From: Sphyrna mokarran
Taxonomy: Eukaryota
NCBI GenBank assembly: GCA_024679065.1
Contig: JAGIQG010000010.1
Location: 52,886,001-52,950,000 of the forward strand
DNA: 64,000 nucleotides
Reading direction: 5' to 3'
Shown: one piece after another, positions 24,240 through 37,220 of the stretch
How positions within the stretch are numbered: position 1 is the stretch's first letter
How the letters are laid out: each line of letters starts with the position of its first letter
Notes under the pieces: model-generated
Database searches by the model: none
The model's input: the letters and a program-made list of their open reading frames with translations, nothing else
Told to the model about the DNA's origin: nothing
Program-made: the position numbers and the translations under genes

Positions 24240-24570
24240 AAAATATTTGTCCGTGGGATGTGGGCTTTGTTAGCTTGGTTAGCATTGATGTCCATTTCCA
24301 ATCTCCCTTGAGAAGGTGGTGGTGAGCTGCGCCCTACAACCGCTATAGTCCATATGGTGTAAGTACACCCACGGTGCCAATATGGAGGGAACTTCAGGAT
24401 ATTGATCCAGTGACAGAGAAGGAATGGCAATGTATTTCTAAGTCAAGATGGTGAATGGCTTGGAGCAGAACTGCCAAGTGGTAGTGTTCTCATGTGTTTG
24501 CTGATCTTCTAGATAATTGCAGCCACATATTTAGAATATACAATCTGAGGAGTTTTGATAAGAAGTCATC
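24240..24570 (-). mobile_element. L2/CR1-group LINE 3' end
   Basis: Reverse complement of the family at 22870 (gggatgtgggc...cccttgagaaggtggtggtgagctgc). Confidence 0.75.
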
Positions 24571-24744
24571 TTATGATGCGACAATGTCCTGAAATAATTT
24601 AATGATAGGATGTTGCAGCCTAGACAGAATAAGTGGAGTTGGGAAATTTGGAAGAGGTAATATTAGAAATCATCTCTTTGGGGAATCAACATGAGCCCTT
24701 TAGTTTCCCTGAACTATTGCAATATTGTAATATTGAGATGATTA

Positions 24745-27700
24745 ACCCTTTACATTACTCTCTGCACGCATTCTGACATTCAAATAGCAATCTAGTGCTG
24801 CTACAGTTTTCCCATCTTCTGTATCTTGCCAATTTGTACTATGGGTTATGCAACAATAATGATAACATCCTTTCCAGAAATATGTGGTAACCTTTAGATT
24901 GAAAGGCTGAAAGAATAAGCTCCGTCGCAACAAGCTGGTGTTGGTGACTTTTAATTTTCTACAAAGTCCATGTATATTGGGGTCTCTTGATATCCATTGC
25001 TAACATGGACTTCAAAAAGCTGGAGAGCTAACAAAAGGCATAATGTTTCTTTCTTGACTGTGTTTATTTAGCTTTTTTGAAACATAACCAATCAAGCTTT
25101 GAATCCAGAGCAAGATGGTTCCTACCCCTACATCATTTGTATTTACAGCTATTCTAAAAGATTTATCGAGGTTTGAGGTGGCTGGTGCAGGTCCATTTGT
25201 CACGATATCTTCTAATTTCTCAAAAGTCTTTTGGCACACCTTTGATCATACTACGTTGATATTTTTCTTTAGTAAATTGATTAGTGAATCAGCTGCTGTG
25301 CTAATGTTTGGATCAGATGTTCAGTAGAATCTGTACGTTCCCAGAAATTGTAGAATTTCTTCTTTTGGAGAATGGAAAAGTTGACCAGAGAACATGTTTT
25401 TGCTTCCCAGGATAACACTTGACTCCACCCCCACTGCATGCTCCAAGTAAGTTATTTCTGTTTTAGCAACATACTTTTAGCTAATTTCCCAACAAGATTA
25501 GTCCTCAGAAGACCTTGGAACACTGTCTCCAGGTGGTCTAACAGTCCTTCCAGGTATCACTGTAGATTAACAGGTCATCCATGTACAGTGCACAGTTGAT
25601 TAAAGGTTGCTGGGGAATGATTTATTGCCAATAGACATGACCTTACAATAATGTAGGCCATTTGGGCAGGACCAAGATTTATTTTGTTCTGAGCTGAGGG
25701 CAGATGAATTCCCAGCAGTGCCTCCTAACTGCTTCAATCTGCTGTGCTGCCCTATTTTGCACTTGTAATTCTTTCTCTAGCTTCTTCAGCTGGAATTCTC
25801 TGTCCTCTTGCCTGAAAATCTACCTCTAACCTCCACTTTTCCAGGGGAATTTTGGCTACAGTAAAACGGTCTTTTTCAGGTTCTATAATTTCTGCCTGTT
25901 GCAAATCTGCAAAAGGAGGCTATAATACTCAGCCAGCATCTATAATCCTCCTCAGGACTAACCTTGTGGATTCTTATAAAATTGAATCTTGCTATCCCAT
26001 CTTCTATTGTATTTTCCCTTCTTCTCATTCCCGAATTTTTGTAGGTTATTCGAGAAGAGTCTGCCTGAGTTACCAGGCCTAGGGGTGAGGATTGAGTCAA
26101 TTGGAAGAGTGGCAGTATTCCTGGATGTTAAAACCTTTTGTTCCTCCACATGTATTTTGAGTTCAAGTAACAGGCAGTTTTTAAATTCTTCCAACAAAAT
26201 ATCTCAATCTATCAATTAGAGTCAATTTTTAGAGCTTGCATCAACCAGTCAAATCCTAATTGTTCAATTAATTGGAGGAAAGTGAGAGTAGATCTTTTTT
26301 AACAAAAGTTGCAGAGTTGTTGGTTGTACATATCCAGTACCCAATCATTGCCACTTGAATAGCAACCTTTGTCTGTTGATAATTTGTAAAGTTGTCTGCA
26401 GGCAGCATAGATTAGTAGTTTTCCTACTGGCTAACCCTGCATTAGTTTAGTCCAAGGCTCTGCTGGCCCCTTCAACTGATCTGCCAGATTCTCAACGGTT
26501 GTAAAGAAGGTTTCCATATCCACTTCTTCAAACTTGGGCACTGGTCAGAAGTACTTTAAGAACTCAAAATTTTTTTCTGAGCTGGGGGCAGATGAATTCC
26601 CAGAGTGCCTCCTAACTGCTTCAATCCGCTGTGCTGCCCTATCTTGCACTTGTAATTCTTTCTCTAGCTTCTTCAGCTAGAATTCTCTCTCCCCTTGCCT
26701 AAAAATCTACCTCTAACCCCCACTCTTCCAGGGGAACTTTGGGTACAGTAAAACGGTCTTTTTCAGGTTCTATATCTTCTACCTGTTCCAAATCTGGAAA
26801 GAATGCCAATAATACTCAGCGAGCGTCTATAATCCTGCAGCCTTTTGTGCTTTAAGGTGTACATTCAGTTCTATGTACACAGTTACGGCTTTTAATTGTT
26901 CTACGAATAGAAGACTAACTTAGCTCAAGTTAAACGTCCTGTTGCATGAATTCTTTTACAAAGTCAACCATTTTGCTTTCCATAGTTAGTCTCACATAGT
27001 TTACTGCTGTAATCCAATTTTTTTTTTGTTACAATGATATTGGCTATGTCACTTTTTGCTTCTACTTTCAACTTTCCTTTAAAGTCAGATTTGGTTGGTT
27101 TGCTCCAAGGGATTTAAATCCCGGATGCAGCTGCCACTTCTGTAATCGGCAGAATATATTTAGGGTAAAGAGGCGTGTCGTTCCCTACGCTTGTATTTCA
27201 TTTACTTTATTTCACGTGCATTTTAATTAAATAATTCAGCAAATAGCCTGCCAAGTTTCAAACAAAGATAGTTAACTATTCTCACATAATTACCCTGAAT
27301 TAAAGAAAAAAAACACATGCACACACATGACAATTAGACACAAATAGACAGTACACTTCTACAGATTACAATTAATTCATTCTCTGATTTGCAGTCTCCC
27401 AAACAATAGGCCTGTGGTTTCTTGAATGGGTTTGATAATTTAAAGTTGAAGTGAATTGTAAGGCAAAGGGTTCACAGCTGGTAACCAGGTCTATGTAGTC
27501 AAATATCAAGGAGGCTGGTTTTCAGGTGAACTCTGAAACTGGAACAGGTTAAGTACTTTAGCTGCTCAATGACTTGCAGCTAGTTTCAGTGTCCAGTTCT
27601 AAGAGTGGTTGATGACTGATGGATCTATTAGTTCCTGGGTAATAAGTCCATAAAACCAGCTTCAATCATGTGAACACTCTGAGGCCCACCCCAGTTTAAT

Positions 27701-28047
27701 TCAGTAGGGAGAAGCCATCACGATATAATGGGAAGTTGATAGTGGCCATTGAGATCTGACTTCCTTTTTTCCCAGTATAAAACATGGAGACAAGCAATCT
27801 GGAAACTCTATATCTTTAGGTGTTGGCCCATCCTTAAACAATGAAAGTGTGTGAATTCCACAAATAGCTGTGAGGTATCACCACCCATGTCCATATTTAA
27901 TTAGACATTCTCCAGAAACTCAATGCTGTCTACAGTCTAAATGCTCAAAGTTCATAGTTGGCAGAAGTTATCTTAACAGCTTATTTGTATCCAATTTTTA
28001 AAATATTTATTTAATGTTAATATGAAATGTCTATACTGGGCATGACA
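24745..28047 (-). mobile_element. Internally deleted Gypsy (Gmr1-like) LTR retrotransposon relic
   Basis: 5' LTR 28047-27141 (TGTCATG...TTACA); PBS-like tggcagctgcatccgggattt near 27136-27116; gag VPKFEE and EEFKNCLLLELKIHVEEQ; RT YMDD at 25574-25585; RNase H IAVNTNDVGVGTIL and GYVSKKL; no 3' LTR seen. Confidence 0.8.
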
Positions 28048-28667
28048 CTAATTAAGACTTTGGTGAACATCCAACTTCCAAATATATTCACTGGGCAGCA
28101 ATCAGCAAATATCCACATCTATTTTTTTCCCTTTCTAGCTCAAAGATTCTTGAAGCCAACTTTTGCAGCCCCACTGCAACACCAGCTGTGTCTGGCTATG
28201 TAACACATACTTGTAAAGCAGACCTGGAACTTCCTGATATATTTGGCGCAGCACCAACATGCTATGCTTTTACCCATCAGGGAGGTCATAAAATATTTCA
28301 AACAATGTACAGAGCAGAAGAAATCATTCACTAATGCTAGGCAGTCCAATCAATCAAATGCACCATATTTTTAAAAAATAGCACAATGATAGTCAGAATC
28401 ATTCAAAATAAGTCATTTTAACATCTTATAAATCTCTCTAATAAAAAGTTTGTGCATACTCTGTGAAAGATTTCTTGCAGTCAGGACTGTAAATGCAGAG
28501 AATATCACATTTACCCAGCATGAAACATAATCCATAGTGAACAGGCCTACCTGCAAAGCCAGAGTGACATATTTTGTTAACATACTTCCCAAGTCTATAA
28601 AATCTTTCACAATATTCTCATTATTGTGAGCTGAAGTAATGCATAAATACCAGGTGACAATGAGAGT

Positions 28668-28751
28668 GGGGGGAGGGGGGCAGCGGGGGGAGGGGGGCAG
28701 CGGGGGGGAGGGGGGCAGCGGGGGAGGGGGGCAGCGGGGGGAGGGGGGGGG
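28668..28751 (+). repeat. G-rich minisatellite (GGGGGGAGGGGGCAGC)n, about 5 units
   Basis: Directly visible; G-quadruplex-capable pattern. Confidence 0.85.
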
Positions 28752-30016
28752 ATCAATAAATCTACTAAGCCTCTTCCAATCACTTTGTTAAAATAGGGCG
28801 TCTCTCATTTCCTTCAATTCCTCTTTGCACTACTCCCATGTTGCATTAACCTTTCAAACATCAGTGGAAGGGATGGATGGTCAGATCTCCATTCTCCCGA
28901 TCTACGTCCTCTGAGTTCGAAAGCCCAGGAGGTCCCACCAAAGTTTAGTCATCTGTACCAGGGCACTCACCCATCAGGACAGGAGGCAGCATGTGCAATG
29001 CTTACAGAGTAAGGGATTAGAAGTGGATATGCTTTGAGCAGAGTCTCCACTTCCTTGACCCTTTTCTTGTTCTTCCTTGTCGTAGCCAGCCAAGAACTGG
29101 TGAACACTTAGCTGTACTTCAGTGAAGCATTGAATGGTCAAGGCAATGTTTTTCTCAATCCTCAATAAAGTTAACATTTGAACGTACAGACCACCATGTC
29201 TGATGCTTCAGGCAAGTGGTCATTCTTTTCAGGGGCAAAGACCTCAGGGCAAAGATCAAGGGCCACAGGAGTTCATGCTATAGATGGACTCTGCCAATCA
29301 CTCTCCAAGAGTCATAGTATGACTGAAAAGTTGCTAGAGACTCAGAAAGTTTCTGCTGCTATTACAGAATTATCAGCTTTGTCAATGGTCTTCAAGGCTC
29401 AGCATTAACATCCACTCATTCGTGCTTGGAAAATCCTGTGCCATGAAATGGGGACTCTATATTGCTAAACCTGCCTTCACTATCTACTGCTCACTTGTGA
29501 TATATGAATCACCATATGACACCAATAGCCTGTCTTGGCATTTCGAGCAAGGAAATGTATCTGATGAAAGATATACATGAGTCCTACAATGATGCATCCA
29601 CAGAGTGAATAATCTCCTCAGAGGAATCTTCATCCTCTGCCTGCACTATTCCTGAGCAAAACTTGATGGGCCTGTGGGAAATTTAATATATTCAATAGAT
29701 CTGTCAAGGTGACAGTGCTGAAGTCATCATTGTACATGTTACTTTTTCCTGCCTGCTGATATTTTATCAACATGAATGAGTTTTGGGTACCATTTCACTG
29801 CATAATCAATGAATGTGAGAAATGTGTTAAGAGGGTGCAAGAGCAACATTTGCTTAAGATCACAAAGAGGTAGGCGTGACAGTGGCATTAAGATGAGGTT
29901 CAGTGTCAAAAGTGGCTGGTGAGATGGGGATATGAGAAGGTGCACATAAGATGTATTAGTATGAGGAGTAGTACTCAGGGGAAAGCAGAATAATAAAGGT
30001 AGACATAGCACATACA

Positions 30017-30270
30017 TTAGGACATAGTTTGAAGTGGCAAGCCACTCATCTTTCCTGCTGTGGTTAGGTCATTGAACTTTATCCAGCACTGTATCCAAGA
30101 GTGTGACACTTCACTTCTATTGCTGACTTCAACCAATTCCAACCACATCTTATTTTCTGCAGTCAACCTCTTCCTCTCATATTGCAAGGAACAGAATCTT
30201 CCCAACAACCCTTAAAGCCACAGCATAATTTTCAAAGCTACATCACCAAAAAACTTGATGACACATTGTA
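30017..30270 (-). pseudogene. Decayed Myb/SANT-like ORF of a PIF/Harbinger DNA transposon
   Basis: MWLELVEVSNRSEVSHSWIQCWIKFNDL matches the W..vA..v....RtwxQCrkKfnDL pattern of Harbinger-associated Myb/SANT proteins. Confidence 0.65.
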
Positions 30271-33200
30271 AAGGATCCCCTTAAACCTGAATAGATGGTG
30301 GAAATCGTCATCACACCCATTTACTCCAAGTGGCTAAGAAACCAGGAAATTTAATACAAATACAGTGGTTGGGCTAAAACGTCACTGACAAACACACTGC
30401 TGAAATTTCCAGGTTCCCCATGTTATCGGACTTCCCGGTTGTGAGCTGGTCAGAAAGTTAAATTTCTGCCATTGTAATCCACATAAGATTCAGCAAACTC
30501 AACCTAAACACATCAGACTGAACTAGCTGAAAATAATTTGTCATTAATTTAAGAAAATTAAGTGAAAGTAATGGTCCAACACTACAGTATTGTAGATAGG
30601 CTATTATTGTCATTAAACTTATTAACTTAGAGCTTCTCTTATATGATGGAGTCAATATTTTTTTAATTCTCTCAAAATACCACATCTACTGCAATAATGT
30701 TATAGCTCAATAAAGACGGGAAGATCCTCAGGGTAACTGATCTCTCTAACCCCTTCATTAGGGCTGTTTATTTAATTAACAAGTCAATTGAAAAAATTAA
30801 CCAAATGGCAAAACAAAATAGAAAAAGTAATTTTAATGCAGCAGTGAAGCTAGAAACCTCCACACATGGGTTAAGTTTTTTGGACGAAGGGTTATTCCTA
30901 GGCCATTGTAAAAGGCAAGTCACACTAACACACCCAATAGTTTCACAGTTTTTCCAACTTCACGACTGGGATGTTTACCTTGGGAGAACAGAGGGGCATA
31001 ATCATACCCCATCAAAAATACAACTGCTAAAAGCTGTTTAGATACAAATGAACTATCATGCAAAGATTAATGTATGTACGTTTCATTACATCTAACTGCT
31101 GCAAGTTAAAGTTCAGGATAACTTTAATCCTGATCTCAAACGGAATACTGTACCATGAGAAGTATCATCTTACAGAAAAAACTCTAAACCAAGCTAACCA
31201 ACCAAATGTTTGCAAGGGGCCTGTTGGCACTAAAAAAAAAGGAGAATTTTCCATCTTCTAGTAGTCAATATTCAGTTTTCAGCCATGCCACCAATTATAT
31301 TAATTAGCTATTTGTATGACCTAACTTTGGTTGCACTTTATAAGTGATCTATTGACATAAAAGATTCTGGGAAGTCAGAGAATGATAAAGGTACTACTTG
31401 AAAATAAATTTCTGCTTGTCTTCCTCACTGTATTCTCAAGTGTGCCCCACTTTTTCATCTTAAAGTGATTGGAATCAATTTGTTACAGTTCCAATGAAAT
31501 TGGACAAAACATTAATGACCTTGGAAAAATATTTTTACTTTCCCTTTTGCAAATTCTACAATGTACAAATTCCATTCAGTAAAAGATCTGTATACCTTCT
31601 GAGAAGCAATCTGAGAAATTAGATGATTGACAAGTCACTAACAGGTTTATTGAAGATATACCGGATAAATTTTTCCAGCAAGTTTCAACTTCAGTTCAAT
31701 ACTACGAGAGCACAAAACTTATGAAAGAAATTCCACTTGCACTAATCAAACCGCTTTTAAAAATACCGTTATGCAAATCCATATATATAATGTATGTCAC
31801 TAAACTACTATAAAATTCATTTTCCCCATTTGTACCTACAGTTGAAATTATTTTGGATAAAAAGGCTTTTTGCCACTGAAGGTGAAAAATCTTTTATGAA
31901 ATGCATTTCTCTAGTGACATTAGAGTCTATTTTTAGCAACCATTGCTTCCACAAAAGTAAGAGAAAATATTAAAGACATAGCTTGATTTTATCACTCACT
32001 TGCCTCTGGTTTCTAATATAAAGGAAGTTTGTGGTAATACCAACACTAATACATAGCCCACAATACCCACACTTAATTTAGCTGGAGTTACTTAAATAGA
32101 CAATGTATTTGCAGCTTTGATTCATCGTCTATCTTTCATTCACAACAGCAACGCGGACATCACTAAGGAATCTGAGCAAATTTTGTAAAACAAAAATGAG
32201 AAACAAAATTTTATGATTTGTTCTAAGTACAAGAGTATTTAATGAAATATTGAAACTCACATTCTGAACTATTCCTGTCTATTTCATTCTGAATGATTAT
32301 CACTGTAAGTGATTACTGACAGAGATGAAGACGAGTCGCACACAATGCAGCGCAGCAGTGAGACCCATATATGCTTGATGAGAATCTAAGCCTGAGTTGC
32401 AGTCCTTTTGCTTGCATCTTAAATGAATCGCAGCTCCACAAAGGTTGAAAGCTAGAGCAGGTTGATTGTGACTACAACAAGTGCATCATGTTTGCACCTA
32501 TGAAACTGATTTCAGATTCAGAAAGTTTAAACAGGCTAAAGCAAGTTGAACTTTATGAAATGTGAGACTCCAGAGAAGCAGGAGACTGATGGCACAGGAT
32601 CAAACCAGGTTGTAGAACAAGATACAGCAGAGTAGGCTAGACCAAGGAAAGAGAAATATGCCATCTTCATTGTGGGGCAGAATTCAATTTTAACATATAT
32701 TACATATACATACTTAGCTCAAGTGGCTTTGCTTTTTCTTTGTTAAATGCAACCCACTCAATATTTAGATCATGTAGACTCAAACTTCCTACTTCAAAAT
32801 GCGGACATACCTCCTATCATTACAATAATCATTTACTGAATGACAAAACACTGTTATTGTGTTTAATAAACCTTTTAAACCAATTGTAAGGTGGCATTTT
32901 GAGAGACAGTAATATGCCAAAATCTTAAGGAAACCTAGTGCTGTAGCAACCATTAAGGACAAGGTGACATTGATGGATGGTCAAAAGCAAGAATGTAATG
33001 AGGGTGAAAATGACCTTTATGTTTGCCTGCTGGGCAGATGTTGCAGCTTGTATGTAAAGACAAGTAGGTCAGAGGTGTCCACACAGTGAACAGCTGGATA
33101 CAAGGGTGGACTAAAAGTTGGATTTTCACGGCAGTTCACAGCAACTTATTTTATCTTAATGGAAAAGGCATGCCAGAAAATTGAACACTTGCACATTGCT

Positions 33201-33389
33201 GTAATTCTTATAAATTAATGATTGACTTGCTGCTTTTCGATAAAATTAAAATGCAGAGCTCTAATCGATTGCTATCAGAAAGTTACAAGGCAATTAATTT
33301 GATTTCAAATGATGTCACAAACGCACTTTTAACTGAATAATTTACAACATCTGCAGCCTGTGATTTACGTGTAGTAACTGTTTTTACCA

Positions 33390-34085
33390 TAAGAACCAAG
33401 AACAAGAGTAGGCAATTTAGCCCCTCAAGCCCATTATTTAATTCAATCATCTCATCTCAGCCTCAGCTCCACCTCCCTGTCTGTTCACAACATCCCTTCA
33501 AATCCTTGTCAATTACAAATCTGTCCATCTCTTCCTTAAATTTATTCAAAGTCCTAGCGTCCATTATACTCTAGAGTATTGAAATTCCATAGGCTCAAGA
33601 CCTTTTGCAAGAAGTAATTTCTCTTCATCTCTGTTTTAAATCTACCATGCCTTATCCCTATGACCTACAACAGGAAGCATCCTCTCCAAGTCGACTTTGT
33701 CAATCCCCCTTATAATCTTGTACACCTCAATTAAATCTCTTATTCTTCTAAACTCCAGGAAGTATAGGCCTAAACTGTCCAATCTCTCTTCGCAAGACAA
33801 ACCTCCCATCTTTGGAATCAATCTAGTAAACCACCTAAACCACCTTCAATGCAACAATATCCCTCCTCAATTAAGGGAACCAAAACTATACACAACATTT
33901 TAAGCATAGGCTCACTATTGCCTTGAAAAGTAGCAGCAATACCTCACTACTTAACATTTTATTCTATTCCTTCAGCAATAAATGCCTTCCTTATTATCTG
34001 CTGTACCTGCATACTTGCTTTCTGCGATTCATATACAAGAACACAGGTTCGTCTGCACCATAGCACTCCGAAATTTCTCTCCATC
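33390..34085 (-). mobile_element. CR1 3' portion
   Basis: taagaaccaagaacaagagtaggc tail; antisense-type ORF 33697-33903 similar to 9263-9472. Confidence 0.8.
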
Positions 34086-34309
34086 TGGCTCACTCCCAGT
34101 TTCAGGATTCTCATTTATCCTCATCCCACACACCAACACATACTCTCACCTACTGTCACAGTGGTTGAAGGTGAATGAGTAAACACCGAGGATGGAAGGT
34201 GAAAGTAAACATTGAGGTGGAAGTGAGACAAACACACCATCACTGTCTCACAGTCTAAATAATCATTTTTCTTAACTACTCTTTTTCAAATTCTCAATTT
34301 ATTGCTTTG

Positions 34310-34680
34310 ACTTTCAGTCTCTCCATCAGCATACAGTGGGTGCAGTCTGCATATATACAAGATGAACATCAGCAACTTGTCATTGCTTATTTGACAATAC
34401 CTTCCAAACCTGCATCTCTATCATCTAAAAGGACAAGGACTTCTGGTGCATGCAAACACCGCCTGTAAGTTCTCCTCCAAATCAGAAGCATCCTGACATG
34501 GACATATATTGCTGTTGGTTCATTGTAGCTGGAAAAAATTCTTGGGTACCCAACCTAACAATACTTTAGAAATACCTTTGCTGCACAGTCTACAACAAAT
34601 CATGTTAGTAATTCAAAACCACTTTACATCAACAATTAGGGATAGTTGCCAGCAATGCCTACATTTTGTGAGTGAATAAA
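34310..34680 (+). mobile_element. L2/CR1-group LINE 3' end (old)
   Basis: ctgtaagttctcctccaaatca...caattagggat...gaataaa. Confidence 0.65.
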
Positions 34681-35424
34681 ACTGCCCCAAACCACCATGA
34701 CTAACCTCTCACACAGTATCACCCCTATCCACCCAAGTAACACCTGGAAAGTGCAAAGAAAAGTGAGAAAAGGTTCTCTTCCATTTAGAGTAATCTTTTA
34801 AAAATTCCTTCGTAACCTTGAAGATTATTAAACAAGTTCCAGGAGGCCATGGCATCCGAGATACATACCCACCTTCCTCTGTTCACTCAAATAAAGCCAA
34901 TAATGTCAAAGAGAAACAAAGTTCATTACTACCAAGATTGGGTAATGGAATCAATTTCATTGGAACCAATAGCATGTATAAAATAATACTGTTTCATTTT
35001 TGGTACAAAGACGAATGCAATTGTAGTTACTATTTTAGGAAAATGGTTTAAATAGTAAAAATCAAAAGCAAACACAGATTGTGTCCATCGTGGAGGTTTA
35101 TATACTATATAGGTGAAGGTCACAACGACTTTGTTGTTTGGAAGGAAGTTGATGGTACGTTAACCCTTACCCAGCTGAACAAACAAATGGTCCATATGGT
35201 TAGCATGCAAAAACAACAGTCCAGCTTTAAAAAAATAACAAGATTAAAATTGACCAAGGTATAAAGTTCGCCATCTAATACATACTTCACAGTTTGAAAT
35301 AAAATTTGAAGAGATTAGCATGTGATGACGATGGATGCTTGAAAGAATCCTGATGCAATGGTTGGGTCAGCATATTGATTTGGCATTTAGTAAATATACT
35401 ACAATGCAATCGTCAACCTAATGA

Positions 35425-36410
35425 TGTTACGATCCAATTAGGGATGAGTAATATTTTGTTTAAAGTAGACAATGTTTGAAGTACCAGTTAGTCACTAAGA
35501 AAATAAAGTCACCAGAATCCATATTTTTAAACAAACGGAATAAACTTTACTATACAGTCAGAAAAGTAAAACAATTTATAACATCTCGCTTATACCCTTA
35601 AGTACATAAGGTAAATATTTATTAACAGGAAGACTGTGGACAAATACAGTGCACTGCACATTAAATGGCAGATGCAATTATAAGACATTGCTTAATAACC
35701 CACCCAGAAATCAGTGACCATCATGAATCACAAAATCTTGTTAAAATTGTCCCCCTCAAGAGGGATTTTGACTCCTCACATTTGAAAATCTAGCTTTTGA
35801 ACTAACTCAAAAGTCACTCTGCCTCAGACTGCCTCCATGTTGTTCACCTGCCAATGGTTCAATCTTTCCTTCTGAAATTGCACCCCACAGGATTCACAAA
35901 TCTGCACTTTTGTGTCTAATTACAAGCAAACTTCCCAACTCTGTCACAGACCATTAGATTCACTAAGCTCACACAATCCCTGGGTTTCTGCAAACTCTAG
36001 TCCCCCGGTTGCATCAAGCTCTAAGTAACACTTCAGGGAGTTACAAACTACATCAGATCTAAATTGCAACTAACCACCTCTCCCAGCAAATACACAGCTA
36101 AATTGGAAACAGAGAATCTTCTTAAGCTCCACCCATATCCATGAGAACGAAGCATTTTACGGTTTACTGGATACTAACTTAGCTCCAACTCCCAAACGGA
36201 AACATCTCTCTGAACTGCATTTCTTATCAAGTAGCATAGATATCATGGCTTCATTCTTCCAGCTAAGTAAAACTCTCTCATTTCTTGCTGTTAACTCAAG
36301 TCAACATGACCCCAACATTGCAGTGTAAACTGCTTTAGTTGTATTTATCAACACTTAAACTTTAATCTTCCTTGAATTAAAAATTGTGTCTAAAAAATTG
36401 GCATGAACCA
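35425..36410 (-). mobile_element. Probable solo LTR
   Basis: Begins TGTTACGATCC; overall resembles the reversed LTR at 27141-28047; far end not resolved. Confidence 0.4.
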
Positions 36411-36439
36411 TGAGCAAAAGAAAAAAATCCTGTAAAAGC

Positions 36440-37220
36440 TGCTATCCATTTTTGTTGGCAAGTTTGTCATTGCAGAGCACAGAAACACAGGTTTGAAAAG
36501 TCAAAGAGGCTGCTTTGTATTGGGTGATCCAATTTTTCTTGAATTTTGTTAGAGTTGTATTCATCCAAGTATTCCATCACATTCTTGATTTGTGTCTTGC
36601 AGAAGGCTGACTATCTTTGACAAGTCAGAAAATGAGTAACTTGCCACAGATCAGTTCACATAGTCCTGTTTAAATTCAAGGGGAGGCAGCCACATTCTCT
36701 CTTGCTGAAAATGGCCTGGCACTTGTGTGGTACAATGCTGCTAATTTATTATCCCAAGCTTGAACATTATCAATATCTTGCTGCATGGACTGCTTCAGCA
36801 TCTGAGTTATATATGGTATTGAACATGATACAATCATCAGCAAATATCGCCACTTCTGATCTTCTGGAGATCACTGATTAAGTTGTTCAAGAAGGTTGAA
36901 ACTAGGACACTATCTGGAGGAGGTCCTCCAGAAATTTCCTCAGGGTGAGATGACCAGTCTCCAACAACACAATCATCTTCCTTTGTGCTTGCTATGATTC
37001 CAATAAACCAACAGTTTTCCCCTTGACACAACGCATTTCAATTTTAATCAGATTGTGAAACGTTACAGTCAGTTAAATGCTACCTTGATGTAAAGGACAG
37101 TCATTCTTAACTCACCTCTGGAATTAAGCTTTTATTTGTGTTTAGAGTGTCCCTGGCAGAACTCAAATTGAGCATCAGTTATTGCTGAATAAATGTCATT
37201 TGGTAGCACTGTCAACTTCA
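36440..37220 (-). mobile_element. Degenerate L2/CR1-group LINE internal fragment
   Basis: Reverse-strand RT-like remnants (gcatggactgcttcagcatctgag; caatcatcagcaaatat = degenerate FADD). Confidence 0.6.

Noticed and set aside
31999-32090. Minus-strand exon-like segment with a gtgagt donor
   Set aside because: Weak acceptor, unrecognised peptide, and no compatible neighbouring exons identified.
35308-35323. gaagagattagcatg, U6-like
   Set aside because: Too short and the flanks do not align.
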